From the NCBI GenBank assembly GCA_965113315.1, contig OZ220366.1: DNA of 64,000 nt; one strand, 5' to 3'. Both the position numbers and the translations under genes were made by a program. This document shows, one piece after another, positions 1-13,432 of the stretch; position 1 is the stretch's first letter, and the number at the start of each line of letters is the position of its first letter. Under the pieces are notes generated by a model that saw only the letters and a program-made list of their open reading frames with translations, was not told the DNA's origin and did no database searches. This stretch comes from Podarcis vaucheri (taxonomy: Eukaryota).

Positions 1-1561
1 TGCCAGTATTTTTATCTCAGGGCATCGTTTGGGACTGATTGCTAGGATATGATAATCTTCATAATCATATTTCACTCACTGAGTTCTAAGGAACATTCCA
101 CCCCCCAGCAGACACGGTGTAAATTATGTCGGCTCTCTGCCTGGAACTATGGACTGGTATGGGAATTGATTGCTTGTTGCCTTTCCATGAATGGGAAAGC
201 AAACTGAACGATGATTTTTAGGAGAAGAGTGGTCAGATGGGATCAGTCAGTCCCTTCTGTACTCATATTATAATGGAAGCACAAAAAAAGCTCATGTCCA
301 ATTAAATATAATTACTAAATACCCAGAGACTAAAACTAAGTACATATATGTCTCATTTTAACTAAAACCTATACATGTAAAAATCCAGTATTGTTGTCTA
401 TATACTTGCAATATTCCCTAACATGAAATTCTGCACGTCTACTCAAAAGTAAGCCACAATGAGTTCCAAGGTTTTAGTTCTTGTCAGCATGTATAAGATT
501 TTAGCCCAAAAAGTTTCTCAACAGGAAACTAGTCTGATAGCCCATTTCACTGCAAAACCCTAATAACAAGGATTAAGAGTGATTTATCTTAATACAGAGA
601 CATACAAAGATGTTATGATTCTGTAATGTAGCTCTGAAGTGTCACCTTATCACTTTTTAAACCATAACAACCTAAAATTCTGTTTTATCTTATGTGGTGT
701 ACATGCCTTATCTGGGAGAAAGAGAAAACACCCTTTGATAAAATGTATTTTTTAGCAATAAATACATTGTACCATCCTGAACAAATACATATTAATCTTA
801 ACACGTTTCCCCTACTATTAATTCATACTGATTTTTAAAAGATTATCTTAAGTGTTGCAAAATTCATTATCACTTCAATTCATAAACTGCTAGCAAGAAG
901 TTCCTCTTTTGAATACAGTATTTGTTTCACTTTACATTTTGATTCTTTGCATTTTTCTTTAAATATGCAGCAAGGCAGAATAGATTTAAATTGTGGAATA
1001 ATAATTCACATAAACTTGTGCATGAGCCATAATTCAACCTTTGCCATTTTTATGATGTAGTTAGTATGCCAAAGTAATATTTATGATCTGATTTCTGCAC
1101 CTAAGTAAGCTCTTGAATTCTCTGACAAAAGCAGATATATGTTCATATTCACTGTGGCTTCTAGTCCACAGACCTCCACAGCAACAGCCTGCAAGTGCAT
1201 TGATGCACACACAAACATCCAGGAGTGGTCAGCCGAGTGGGGCAGGGGAGTGGAGTCACCCTCCTGCTAGTGGCGTCACTGCCACTTACCGGAATGGGTG
1301 GGAAGCAAGATGGTGGCTGCGCAGGAACCCTGCTGGGAGCACCAGATTGGCTCTGCCAATGAGCCCTTCCAACCTGCCCTTGCTGTTGCCCAACCTTCTC
1401 TCCCATCGCAGTTGTTGTTGGGATAGCAGCATTGCACCACTGCATCACCACTCCAGACACTCCCACAAACATCTCTTAATTATTATTTTTATTCACTCTA
1501 TTTCCATACTACTGAAGTTTCTAAATGCTATGTACATGGTGTGGTAAGTGTTGGCTTTCAC

Positions 1562-2115
1562 CAGGGGTCGGCCAAAATTTTTAGCCGCAGGCCTTCTACT
1601 GTCCCTCAGACCTTGTAGTGGGCTGGAGAAGCAGCACTGGGGGGGAGGAGCTGAAAGAAGAAGTGAGGGGGGGAAATAGTCCTCCTCCCCACACCACCCC
1701 CAGCCGCTGTGCTTCACTCCCCAGGGGCTGCCTCCGCCACCACTTCTGCTTCTAGTGGGTAGGCAGAACGAACTCGTCCACTCCGCTCTCTGGCCCACAG
1801 GAGCACCAGGGCGGCAGCAGCAGAGGGAAGATGAGTGGCACGAAAGGGCTGGCTCCAGAGAGGGCCTGCTTAAAATGGCACTCAGCCAGCTCCCTTCCTC
1901 CTCTAGGCAGGGCAGGGAGAAGCCAGAAGGAGGGAGGGAGGAGGCACCGCCACATTGTGTGTGAGGGAAGGAGGGGGAAATGGAATGGCGCAGAGAAAAA
2001 TTTGTGCAGCTCAAATGAACAGAGACCCTACACCGATCCACGTACAGTCCATGGACAGGATCCTGAAGGCAATTGCACCTGATCCAGCCCATGGGCCTTA
2101 GTTTGCTGTCCCCTG
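1562..2115. mobile_element. Non-autonomous hAT-type DNA transposon
   Basis: Ends CAGGGGTCGGCCAAA ... GTTTGCTGTCCCCTG form imperfect TIRs. 8-bp TSD GCTTTCAC (1554-1561) / GCTTTGAC (2116-2123), 7/8 identical. GC-rich interior, no transposase. Confidence 0.85.
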
Positions 2116-3705
2116 GCTTTGACAGTACCATTCCTCTTTTGGGTTTAAGGAGTATAGTCTCTGGATTCAACTTCCTTTCTCCCAATTGTGTACTGAAAGA
2201 AAGATATTCTGTTAGGGGAGTGATCTTTAATAGGTAGGTGGCAGTCACAAGGACCGTAGCATCCACAGCAACTTAAGGTGTGCTGTGAAAAAAGCATCAA
2301 CACCATGTCCTTTCTTCACTGAGGGATTTTTTAAAAATAAGGTTTTTCACTTGAACTCATCCATGCACTTTTCTCCTAGATTGGCCTTTTCTGATCTTGA
2401 ACCTAGGTAGGAAAACAAACATCAGAAATAAGAGAGCTAGGGAAGGATTTAGGTGAGGGGACAGCTCCTCCCAGCTAAATACCTCATTTCTTGTAAAACA
2501 CAGACCTCCCACCACACACACCACAATTTTATTTGTGAATGGGGAAGGCTCATGAATAAACAGTGCCTGCTGTCATCCAGCCTGAACTGACCCTGAGAAT
2601 GGAAGTATATTCTTTTGTATAATTTCCAAGAAATGAAACAGTATCCCCTCCCTCCTAGTCTTTTTATGAAACTGAAACTTAAATATTAGCATGTAAGAAT
2701 TGCTCATCGGGGGTGGGGGGGAATGAGGTTTTATTTTAGGAACTTTTAATGGGAACAGAAATGTTGCATTATGAAGTACTGCACTCTGTAGTTATTTAAG
2801 GGTGCAAGTAAATGCTAAATTTAAATTTCAGTGAAAGGAATTAATGAATATTTCTCCTACTTACGCAACTCAGACAAAAACCTGTTAGCACATTTGGATT
2901 AATTACATACCAAGAAGACTGGGTTAAATAAACCACAATTCATCTGCTTTAAATGCTTCTCTCTATATAATCACAGTATGCTCATGAAATATTTCAGGGC
3001 AGAATGTTCATTTTACATTTCCTGAATCACAGGTAGCTTTCAAAATAACACAAGTCTCTACAGAATAAGCAGCTCCTTAACAATGATGTAGTTTAAGCTT
3101 TTGTTATACAGCATATTTGTACTGAAAAAAGAAGTGGAGTGCAGTTTAAAAAATACGGATGGTTTTAGCATTTCATAGTTTTATATATTTTTAGAAATAA
3201 GTAACTGATGTTTCTTGGGAAAGGTGGTGTTTGTATTCACAAAAGAATGAATGACTGAAGATTATGAAGTGGCTTTTATCAGTTGACAATGTGTAATACA
3301 TCACTTTCTTCAGGTGGTCTTTCCGGGGTACCCTCTTTAGGGGGGAACATGTACTACGTCACTTTCCTCAAAGAGTGATAAGCTAGCCCTGTTGCATTTA
3401 TGGCGTCCTCCTGTTTATTCTGGTTAACCTTTCTCCCAAAGTCCAGCCTGAAATGCACCATTGACAATACCCCCATCCAAAACAAAGATTATGAGTGGCA
3501 TCCAATGATGTCCACCAGCTTGGGTAACAGGACTTCAGATTTTTTTCCCCCTCCCTCAAGCCTCCTGCATCCCTGAAATCTGTTTCAGAAGAGTCCTCAA
3601 CCCTTCAAGCAGATTTTGGGGTTTTGAATGGGGGAGGGTTAAAAGAGGGCAACAGGAAGTAAAGCCACATTGTTGCAAGTAGACATCTACTGGTGCCATG
3701 TTGAA

Positions 3706-3772
<67 letters not shown>
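3706..3772. repeat. Compound microsatellite (CT)n(CA)n(GA)n
   Basis: Directly visible. Confidence 0.97.
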
Positions 3773-3775
<3 letters not shown>

Positions 3776-3813
3776 TTATTGTAAAATATATATGCAGTCA
3801 AGATGATCAAGTG

Positions 3814-4171
3814 CCTGGAAGGAAGTTGGGCATGTTCAGCCTGGAAAAGAGAAGACTGAGAAGAGATATGATAGCCATTTCAAACATCTAAAGGACTGTC
3901 ACATAAAAGATGGAGCAAGGTGGTCTCCTCCTGCTCCAGAGGCTAGGACCCAAACCAATGACTTCAAGTTACAAGAAAAGAGATTCTGACTAAACATTCA
4001 GAAGAACTTTCTGGTGGTCAGAGCTGTTTGCCAGTGGAAAAGACTCCCTCAGAAGGTTTTAAGCAGAGGTTGGATGGCCATCTGTCATGGATGCTTTAGT
4101 TAAGATCCCTGCATTGCAGGGGCTTGGAGTAGATAACCCTTGGGTTCCCTTCAAACTCTACAATTCTATGA
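3814..4171 (+). mobile_element. CR1 LINE 3' fragment
   Basis: Encodes LGMFSLEKRRLRRDMIAI (typical CR1 ORF2 C-terminus) and ends in the CR1 terminal motif CCCTTCAAACTCTACAATTCTATGA. Confidence 0.88.
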
Positions 4172-5818
4172 CCTTGAATTTAACCCTTCAAAATCTTCCA
4201 GTGTTAGGTGTATAATACTGAGTTAAAATTAGAAACAGGTCCACTCTGGTTTCTTTTGGATTACTGATCCAAAGGCTCAGTCCTTGATCTATATCAGGAA
4301 TGCTGTAATAGAGATTTTAGAAAGATGTGCATTAAATACTCTGAAGACTTGAAGTGCAATGTGTAAATACATATTTACTGACTCACTTCCACCTTGGAGA
4401 TGCTGGAAGAGAGATGCATACAAGCATCAAGGATTTATCAGTGTGTCTGATATTTTATACATGGCTTGAATATAGTTTCATGCTGTCACCCTGTTGTAGG
4501 TGTTTCATGGGGTTTTTTTTTGTAAGTGATCATTTGTTTTATTTCCAAACTATGGCTTTTGGGCAAGTATCCCTTGGGCTAAAAACCAGAGCAAGATTTA
4601 CATGAAAAATGCAGCCATGCAGTATTAAACAGTTTTGTTCTCCTATCTTCAAAGCTTTTTAAATATTTGTCTTCAACTTTCAAATGATGTACCACAGGGA
4701 AGGTCCCTCAACTAGAAATACGCAATACATAGTTTACAAACTTTTACAATATTATCACAAAGACCTTAGCCAATAAAGCAGGGGAGAAAATAAAATTTAC
4801 ATTATATTTGTGGCAGAAAAAAATATATATTCTTTTAAGTATGAACACAATGATAAAATCCTAAATAGTCCTATGCAAATGATCTATACGGGAGTATGCA
4901 ATTCTAATCTTACTCATAGTAGACTTATTGAAGTCAATGGATACTGTTAACTCAGGATCATTAATTTAAGTGAGTTAATTCTAAGCAGAATTTAGTTGTA
5001 TGCAACCCCAACGGTATGCACAGGACTTGTAGCATTTGCAAGATTGCAATTGAATCACAGAGAATGTATTAAAAGAATCACACTTCACTCAGCCATATGC
5101 TGTACCAAACTATATACAAAACTGCAACCCATTAGATATCCTTAGCATCCTTTCCCTGCTGATGTCACCCAAAACTGATTCCCTGTCCCCCCACCACTAC
5201 AACCAGTTCTAGATCACTTTAGTTCCTGCTCACATTACAAGAGTCATCTTATCTTTGTATTTGTGGCACTAGGAAGCAATCCTATCTGTTTAGGATTCAC
5301 TTGATGTCTTACTGATTAAACGTGTTATTCGGACCCAAATCAGATCAGAAAATTTCCAAATTTGTTTCCCCTCTCCCAGTTGGCAGCAGTGTCCATGCGG
5401 AAATTGGTAAAAAAATAAAATCTGGATTTCCCTTTTTCCTTTTCTTTTTTTTTTGCGATTTTGCCAAAAAAGCTCAACAACTTTTCGTTCTGAATTTTCA
5501 CTGTTTGAAATATGACAACCCTATTTTATATAGTTATTGTTGTTTCCCACTCTGGAATAGCTTCTTACCATGAAAAGTGGGTTAGAAATGCCTTTAAACA
5601 AACAAATCCCATACCGTCCAACATTCAGCGGGGGGAACGGGGATTAAAATGCCCTGTGAAAAAGTAGAAAAATAGAAGCCTCTTTTAAAGGACAATAATA
5701 TTTTTTTGGGGGGGAGGGGGGGAATGGAGAAGATGTTTCAGTACAACACTTGCTCATGCACTCTGTTATAAGCCAGCAAGGTATACATACTCTTATATTT
5801 GTAGGTAATATTATGGGT

Positions 5819-6183
5819 GGGGACGCGGGTGGCGCTGTGGGTTAAAGCCTCAGCGCCTAGGGCTTGCCGATCGAAAGGTCGGCGGTTCGAATCCCCGCGG
5901 CGGGGTGCGCTCCCGCTGCTCGGTCCCAGCGCCTGCCAACCTAGCAGTTCGAAAGCACCCCCGGGTGCAAGTAGATAAATAGGTACCGCTTACCAGCGGG
6001 AAGGTAAACGGCGTTCCGTGTGCTGCGCTGGCTCGCCAGATGCAGCTTTGTCACGCTGGCCACGTGACCCGGAAGTGTCTCCGGACAGCGCTGGCCCCCG
6101 GCCAATAGAGTGAGATGGGCGCACAAACCCCAGAGTCTGTCAAGACTGGCCCGTTCGGGCAGGGGTACCTTTACCTTTACCTT
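5819..6183 (+). mobile_element. Sauria SINE, full length, young
   Basis: tRNA-like head with A box (GGTGGCGCTGTGG) and B box (GGTTCGAATCC); (ACCTTT)n tail; 13-bp TSD TAATATTATGGGT at 5806-5818 and 6184-6196; CpGs retained. Confidence 0.93.
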
Positions 6184-7159
6184 TAATATTATGGGTACAC
6201 AATAGAGAACCTTTAGGCTCCCACATTGAACAATATAGGTTCAAAAGTCCTTTAGAACTCTAAAATTATATGATTTTATGAAGTGGTCAAAGCATGTTAT
6301 TTCACAGTCAACAGAAATAATGTCCAGTATCTGGATGGAATTCTAAATGTCCCTATACCATTTTAGTAACATCTCTATTATCATTGCAGATGAATGTAAA
6401 GTGTCACTAGTACTTTCCAAAAGCATGAGGTCATGGTAATGTCGTGGTTTATTATTACTTTGAATTATGATTTTTATGCCTTCCTCAGGTTCTCAGCTGT
6501 TGAACTAATGCACTTAAGTGGGGTTTTTTAAAGTACACAAATCTTTTAGTGCACGTCAGTGTACTCAATTAGGTTTCAGAACATTATGAGTTCAAAAAAA
6601 TGCTGCTACCTTTTACGTTCATGAAATTAGCAAATTGACAGTTTGTTTCAAATGTAGGTGTGTGGGGAGGGGGCATTAATGCTTCCTTCCCTCACTTTTA
6701 AAATTGCAACATGGAGTAGTGATTTAACCATGATGCAGCTTCCTAAAGAACAGTGCATACCAAGCACAGATATATTTGGCTTTGTGTTGCATTATTATAC
6801 CTAGTAATGGCTTGTGGTGTTTTGTCTCATTACAGCCCAAGTAAAGTGCCGTGTGGTACAAAATATTAGCTGACCATGCCATGCTATACAGTGCACTAGT
6901 ACAGTACATAGTTAAATTATGGGAATCAACTACCACAAGATACACTGATGCCCACCAACATAGATGGCTTTAAAGGGGAATTAGACAAATTTCATATCCA
7001 ATATTGGATGTGGTGTGCCTCTAAACACCATTTGCTGGAGAACACAAATGGGAAGACTCCACAGTTAACTGAATATTGTTAAAAGTAATAAAATCTTTGC
7101 AAACCATAGTTCCTGCACCCATGTCTATTAAATTCCTTCATCTAATATTCTACAGTTCC

Positions 7160-7406
7160 CGACTGCCATATTTCAAGAGGTAAAAATCCAGACGCAAAAA
7201 GTAGTTGAGCTTTTTTATAACCCCTCCGCCAGACCTAACCACGCCACAGCCACAGCCACAGCCCAATCCTGAACCATTCGTGCACAGAAAAAAGGTAAAC
7301 CCAAAATCCAGGACATTTGCTTTGAAATGTAAAATTTTCCCAGATGGCCATGTAGGACCCCTAAAAGAGGACATGTCTGGGAGTTCCTAGACTTATGGCA
7401 ACCATA
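7160..7406. mobile_element. Degraded hAT-type MITE (TAGGGTTGCCATA-type ends)
   Basis: Left GACTGCCATATT, right TTATGGCAACCATA. Similar right ends occur at ~5460-5523 and ~53270-53325. Confidence 0.5.
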
Positions 7407-10400
7407 TACCTGGCAAAAGAAGCAAAAGCATTCTGCAGGAATGATCCAAGTCTTCATTAGTATATTCTAACTGCTCCCCAGTTTTAGTGAAACGGCTCCC
7501 CTTTTTGCCCAGGTTTTGGAAATCTCAGCTTTACCTAACAAAATAGTTTAATGCTGAATTCCAAGGGACTGGCTGCAAGTGACAGAGCAAGAGGGGGTAG
7601 TCCAGGATCAATCTTGCTGCTTCTCTTTGTTCACAGCCAGCAACGATTTTTGTCACAGGTTAACCATACAGGTTTATACATTATAATATGTATACACACA
7701 AATCATAAACACACAAAAATGGAATCGTGTCCTGTTTTCCCCTAATCAGATTCATTATACACTGTTCAAATTACATGTCATCAGCCAGCTTGCACAAAAG
7801 CCCAAACCAAGTTTTATCTCTCTTATGGAGAGTCATTTCATTAAAGAATATTTTCTCACTCCAAAGAAATAGGACAGCTTTTACCAGGTGTTGCGACTAA
7901 TTGCCTGAAATAATGGGACACTGTCTAAGAAGTGTAAGTTATAGCAGAATAGCTCCAATTAACTGATAAAGACCAAGGTCATGATTAAAAGAGAAAACTA
8001 GTTCCAGAAATATCTTATTTGCAAGCTTACCCAAAAGATAAATAGGTAATGGACCCTTCTTTCCAATATGATTGGTTAATTGCCACTGCTGATGGGTGCC
8101 AATAGCTCAAGGGCGAAAAGACTCATCTCACTTAAGATAATAAATACAGGTATCAGATTCAGGCCACTGAAACTTTATATTCACAATATCCACTGAGGAC
8201 AGCACAAGAATAAATCAGTCCCTCCAGAGGTTCCCTACACCTAGCTAGCAAGGAAGAGTAGGATGACTCCATAAACTGTATTGACTTAAATATCAATAAA
8301 TTAGCTTCATATGTGTCAATGTGTGTCTTTGTCACTCTTCTAAGATATAACATATGTGAAAAGGGCTAGTGGTAGTGACAAAAGAAAGCCTTCCACAGAT
8401 TTTGTGTCTGTGCAACATTGGGAATGTGGGAGTCTTGGGAATGTGGCATTGATAATATGGTATTTTTTCCAACATCATGCATCACAGTGTCATGTGTCAT
8501 GGCATACCCTTCTCTGATTGGCTGTTTTCACATGTGTTTTGTTTACTTTAGTCAAGCATGCAATTTTCCTTACTTGTCCCAGAGTAAGGACTCCATGAAA
8601 TGCAGCTGGCTTGAGTTCATCAACATCATTTGACATGTGATCTATGCCGTCTGCAAGCATTTGGGGTCCAGGTGGCTCAAACGGGACAAACTATTTGGTG
8701 CCAGATGAAGATAACCTTATTTGTCCAGGTATTTAAAATGGCAGATGGTTTTTTGAAATTAGGTTCCATTTTCTTTTTAGGTTTCAAGTTCTAATCTTTC
8801 CTTATGCCTTTGTTGGTTGCAAATTGTAATTGCGATGTGGTTGCAAATTGTAATGATATGTTGTGCAGATTAATTTTGTTCACACTTCCATACACCACCC
8901 TGGAATATTTTGATGAAGGATGGCTAATAAATATTCAAAATAAAATGGGAGGAAACTTTGCTCTTCCTACTGGTTTCACCTGCTGTCACTTCATCCATTG
9001 CTGCTGGCCTGCCACCTGTCTGGAAATGATTACCCATCATGTTGCTATTAAGCACACATGCAAAAAATGATTTTCATTTCTAAATGAGCACAGGGATACC
9101 CTGAAAGCTGCCCCATGTTTGAATATGTGCACTGCTCTTTCTTTTTTACATGCTTTCAATTCAGAATATTGGGTAGCATAGCAGGATACAATGGTGGGTG
9201 GCAGTGGACTTAGGAAGTGGGGGACTGGCAGAGCACAATGGAGGGGGTGAATCTCTTTGGGGGCATGATCAGGGTACGGGGCATGTGGGGGTGTGGGGGT
9301 GTGTTACTGCTACTTGGCTAACAAATGTTGGCTGTGGAATTGATCACCTTGATGGTCCCAAACTAACAAAAGATTACTTGATCCCAACATGTGGCAACAG
9401 CAAATATCAAATCATGTTGAGAAATAGCTTGTTCTTATTGGATGGTCTTTGCTTACTGAAGAAAGGATGTGTGCAGTTTCATGCCCATGAGTTCATGTTC
9501 TTATGTTATTGTGAAGCATTTAGGATAAAGCACTCCAGGCTACGATTAAAGATGAGATATGAACCTGTCAAAAGTTTAATATTTTGGTAGCGGAGTGGAA
9601 AGATGTGCATATCTTAAAATATTATTTGATTCCTAGCTAATTCTGTTTTCTGCTCAGTGGGTATTGATTATGGAACACTAGTCAAAACTTACAGCATTTC
9701 TTGCTAAATTAATAACAATCAGGAGGAATTAATTGTAGGCAGTGATTAATTCACTAGGAAACAACCCACACCAAAGTCAATATTGCTTCTATCAACTCTA
9801 CAATCGATACCCCTTTCTTCCCCTCAGTGTCATCAGTCTTTTAAACTATGCTGCCATTGCAGCATAGATGTATCGTGATATGTGGTGGTATGGGAAAGCA
9901 GTGCTGTCTTCTCTTTGGGGAGAGACAGGAGTTTCCTATGGTGACAATTAGCAAATCAAGACAGAGTGGCTCTATGGATTAGAATTTTTTTTGCCACATG
10001 TTCACAAAGTGAATGTACTCCTGAGTTATGTTATCATCTCACAGGGCAATTCTATATGCAGGAAGCTGGTACACCTTGAAGTTAAGGCATAGTAAAGTAT
10101 ACCAGATCCAAACACCATCCTGGAGCCGTCTAAGCTAGACAAATCCTGGCAAAGGGAAAACAAACCTTTAAACAGAGTTGAAATTATGCTAACCCCTTTT
10201 TTAATAGCTTAATTTACACTGGGTTCCCAAACCATGTGACTATGCTGAACAGGTTTAAGATCCACCCTAAATCTCCCTCCTTCATGTCTGCCCCTCCTCT
10301 GGGATTGCTCTTTTTCACAATTTATATAGCCTTTTTATTCCAGGGTTTAAACAGTATACAGACTCACACCTGAGCCTTGCTGAGCCAGGCTGAGAAGATA

Positions 10401-12874
10401 CATCAGCAAATCTCATTCTATACTGATGATGGGGACTTATGCCGGGAGAGCCCACCACCACCAGGAACCTTCTGCCTTACCCACACATCCACTGGATCAT
10501 CCTGGTGGATCCTGCTATAGAATTGCTTCATTTGATACTACAAGGAGGCAATTAATTTATTTCATGTGGTTACTACATTAGTATACAATTTTGATACCTT
10601 TTGTGATATGGAAAAATGGTAAGCTCAACTTTTCTAACAGCAATATTGCAGCTTGATCTACAATCTATTCTACAGCTATTCAATGTTAAAATAAAACAAA
10701 ATGGAGAGAGACCAAGCGACAACAGTTATGTGTAAAAAATATTTATAGACATGTTTCTACCCTTTCCAAGGTAAAAAAAACAAAAACATTTTTATAATAT
10801 CAAATGAAGGAACTGAGGGTTCTGATGGTTAAATGAGCTAAATCACCTGTAAGGAAATTGAAAATTGTTTGTTCCAGGTTAACCGACGGTACTCCAGAAA
10901 GAACAGCGTGGGCGGGACAGAAGGGGAAATTTTGTCAGGGGCCTGCTCTTTCTCACTTATTACAGCTTTCCAATAAGTTGTTTGATTGATTATTTGATGC
11001 ATTTAGATGCTGTATTTTAAGAATGAATTCTTTTCAGGGTAGCTTACTGTTAAAAATAATTCAAACAGTAACATCTCATCAACTCACAAAAATAGCACAG
11101 CATAGAAAATAACCAAACTAGCAACAATAAAGTAAACCTAAAATAAATCCCTGTAATAAAGAAAGATTTTCATATATTCCCACACACAGATAAACCACTG
11201 CACAGCTGGTGCAGGCGGGATGGACAGTAGATGACCAGTGGACTGACTTGGTATAAGACACATTAGTGGTGCTTGAGGAGAATGTGCTCCACAGCCGTAA
11301 CCAGCACTGCCTGAAAACCAAGAAACGTCCCTTCAGACAGACAAATGGAAAGGCAGAAGCAAAAGGCACAATGTATTTCTTGCCAAAGACTGGGGCCGAA
11401 ACTACATGTCCTGCTTCTCCTGGCAAGAAATGACCACTGCTTGCTTTATCCTTACTAAGGGAAAGCCCCACCCACTCACCCACCCACACACAGAGGTAGC
11501 TAGCCTAACAGACACATCCCAAAAGCCAGTGTCAGTTCCAGGCTTGGTGGGCAGGTAAATCAAGATTACCACAAGGGAATCTTCTCCTAACCCATCTGCT
11601 CTCCTTCAATCTCCAGTCTGCATTCCCACTGCTGCTCAGATTGTTGAGCAAAGGGTGGCAGCTGTTGTTCCTATTGCTCCCTTCATTATTTGCCCCCTAG
11701 GGGAGAGAGAGGGACAGGAAGGTAACTGGAAAAGGAACAGCACCAGGACCAGGATGTAGTGGGCCTCCTGCTGAAATATGGGCCTTAACAGATACCCAGC
11801 AATGCCAACTCCTGACATTAACCCTGCAAAAAGCCTTTCAACAAAACAGTGTGCTTCTGGTATGGAATTTTGTCATCTCATTTCTATGGTGAGAGGGGCA
11901 CTTGAAGAAGCCAGATGTTGTGTGGTTCCTCTTCAAAATAGACTGTGCTTCTGGCCAACACGGCAGTTTTATACACTTAGGTCTATGCAACTGTTTACAG
12001 CAATAGCCACTATCAGGCTGGTAATCATGCCAAAGACTTAAAGGGAGTGGGGAGTTCATATAGTTCTATGTAGTATAAAAAGAAAATAATACCCTGGATT
12101 AAAAATGCACTGCTATATGAAGAGGAATAGTTCAGCAAATTTCCACATAGGGTTGATTTGTCTTTGTGGCATGTGTTTGAGAAAAAGCAGAAAGAGGATA
12201 ACTACTCCAATCCTGGTCCTGGATAAGAAGAAACGGATCAAGAGCAGAAGCCTCTTCTATGAATCCCCAGTAAAGACAGTTACCAAAGCCACATATAAAC
12301 AAATTAGATCATTCTGGACAGGTTTTAGAAACAAAATGTCCCAGTACAGAAATTATATGTCCGATTATACTTCCACATGAAGATACAAACCAGGCTTTCA
12401 GATTGGAAGCTGTTGTAGATCTTTGAATATATCAGAAGAATTACTAAAAGGACTGCTATGCTAGCTAATTAGTGGCTTGGATCATCACTTCAGATTGCGA
12501 GGTCACAATGAGTTTGAAATCCAATTAATGAAAATCACTTCTTGCTGACTATACAATTGAAAACAGATCTGTATATTGACCTCTCCTGTTTGGACACCTT
12601 GTATAATTTCTATGGTTTAATTGCATGGATTACCCCAATTTGAAGAGCTTATTAAATTCCAGACTTCAACTTACAACATGTCTACTGGAAGATGCCCTTT
12701 TTCATGGTAAAATAAATGGCTGTTAAGAAGTGAAGCAAGCATCCTGATTAAGTAGGCTGGAAATGAAATTGCTAGAAAAATGAGTTGTATAATGAATTAC
12801 AAGCTCCTCAGCCAAGGGAACCATAATCAGGACTATAGCTCTAATACCACCAATATAATTCACCAAACCTAAAT

Positions 12875-13002
12875 CATGGGTAGGAACCTGTGGCTCTCAA
12901 GATGTTCCCAGACTACAGTTTCCATCATCCCTAGTCACTGGCTGTGGTTGATGGGAGATGTACCTCAAAAGCATCTGGAAGGCCAGAGGTTTTCCATTCC
13001 TG
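12875..13002. mobile_element. Short palindromic hAT-type MITE (degraded)
   Basis: AACCTGTGGCTCTCAAGATG ... CATCTGGAAGGCCAGAGGTT inverted arms around a GACTACA...CCATCA core. Related fragments at ~15103-15197 and ~52785-52845. Confidence 0.7.
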
Positions 13003-13368
13003 GCCTTGATCAAAGATGGATTTCAGTACTGTGGTGCTACACAGTGGAGGAAGGCAGGGCCTCACCAGGGCGTGAGGCAAGTGACAATGATCCTTGAACA
13101 TCAATAAATAATACTGTGCGCCCCATAAACAACAAACCAACCAGGCAATTTAAAATGTCAACAAGCAATTGATCAGATTTTAATAAAGGATGCAAAACAA
13201 TGCAACAGCTATTTAGGCATGAGAAATCCAAAGAAGGTAAATATAGTGACCTGTGCACATATATATCTCCAGCTAGACAGAATACTGATGATAAAATGCA
13301 GCTGGTAGAGCATGGGACTCTTAATTTCAGGATCATGGGTTTGAGCACTACATTAGGCAAAAGATTCA

Positions 13369-13432
13369 GGCATTGCAAGGGGTTGAACTAGATGACCCTT
13401 GTGGTCCCTTCTGACTCTGTGATTCTATGATT
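13369..13432 (+). mobile_element. CR1 3' terminal fragment
   Basis: GGGTTGAACTAGATGACC...GTCCCTTCTGACTCTGTGATTCTATGA, matching the tail at 4110-4171. Confidence 0.8.

Noticed and set aside
1113-2266. Overlapping ORFs of 103-257 aa
   Set aside because: No recognisable domain; they lie in or beside a GC-rich hAT MITE, where stops are scarce.
9190-9310. G-rich tract, possible G-quadruplex
   Set aside because: Irregular G-runs with no supporting context.
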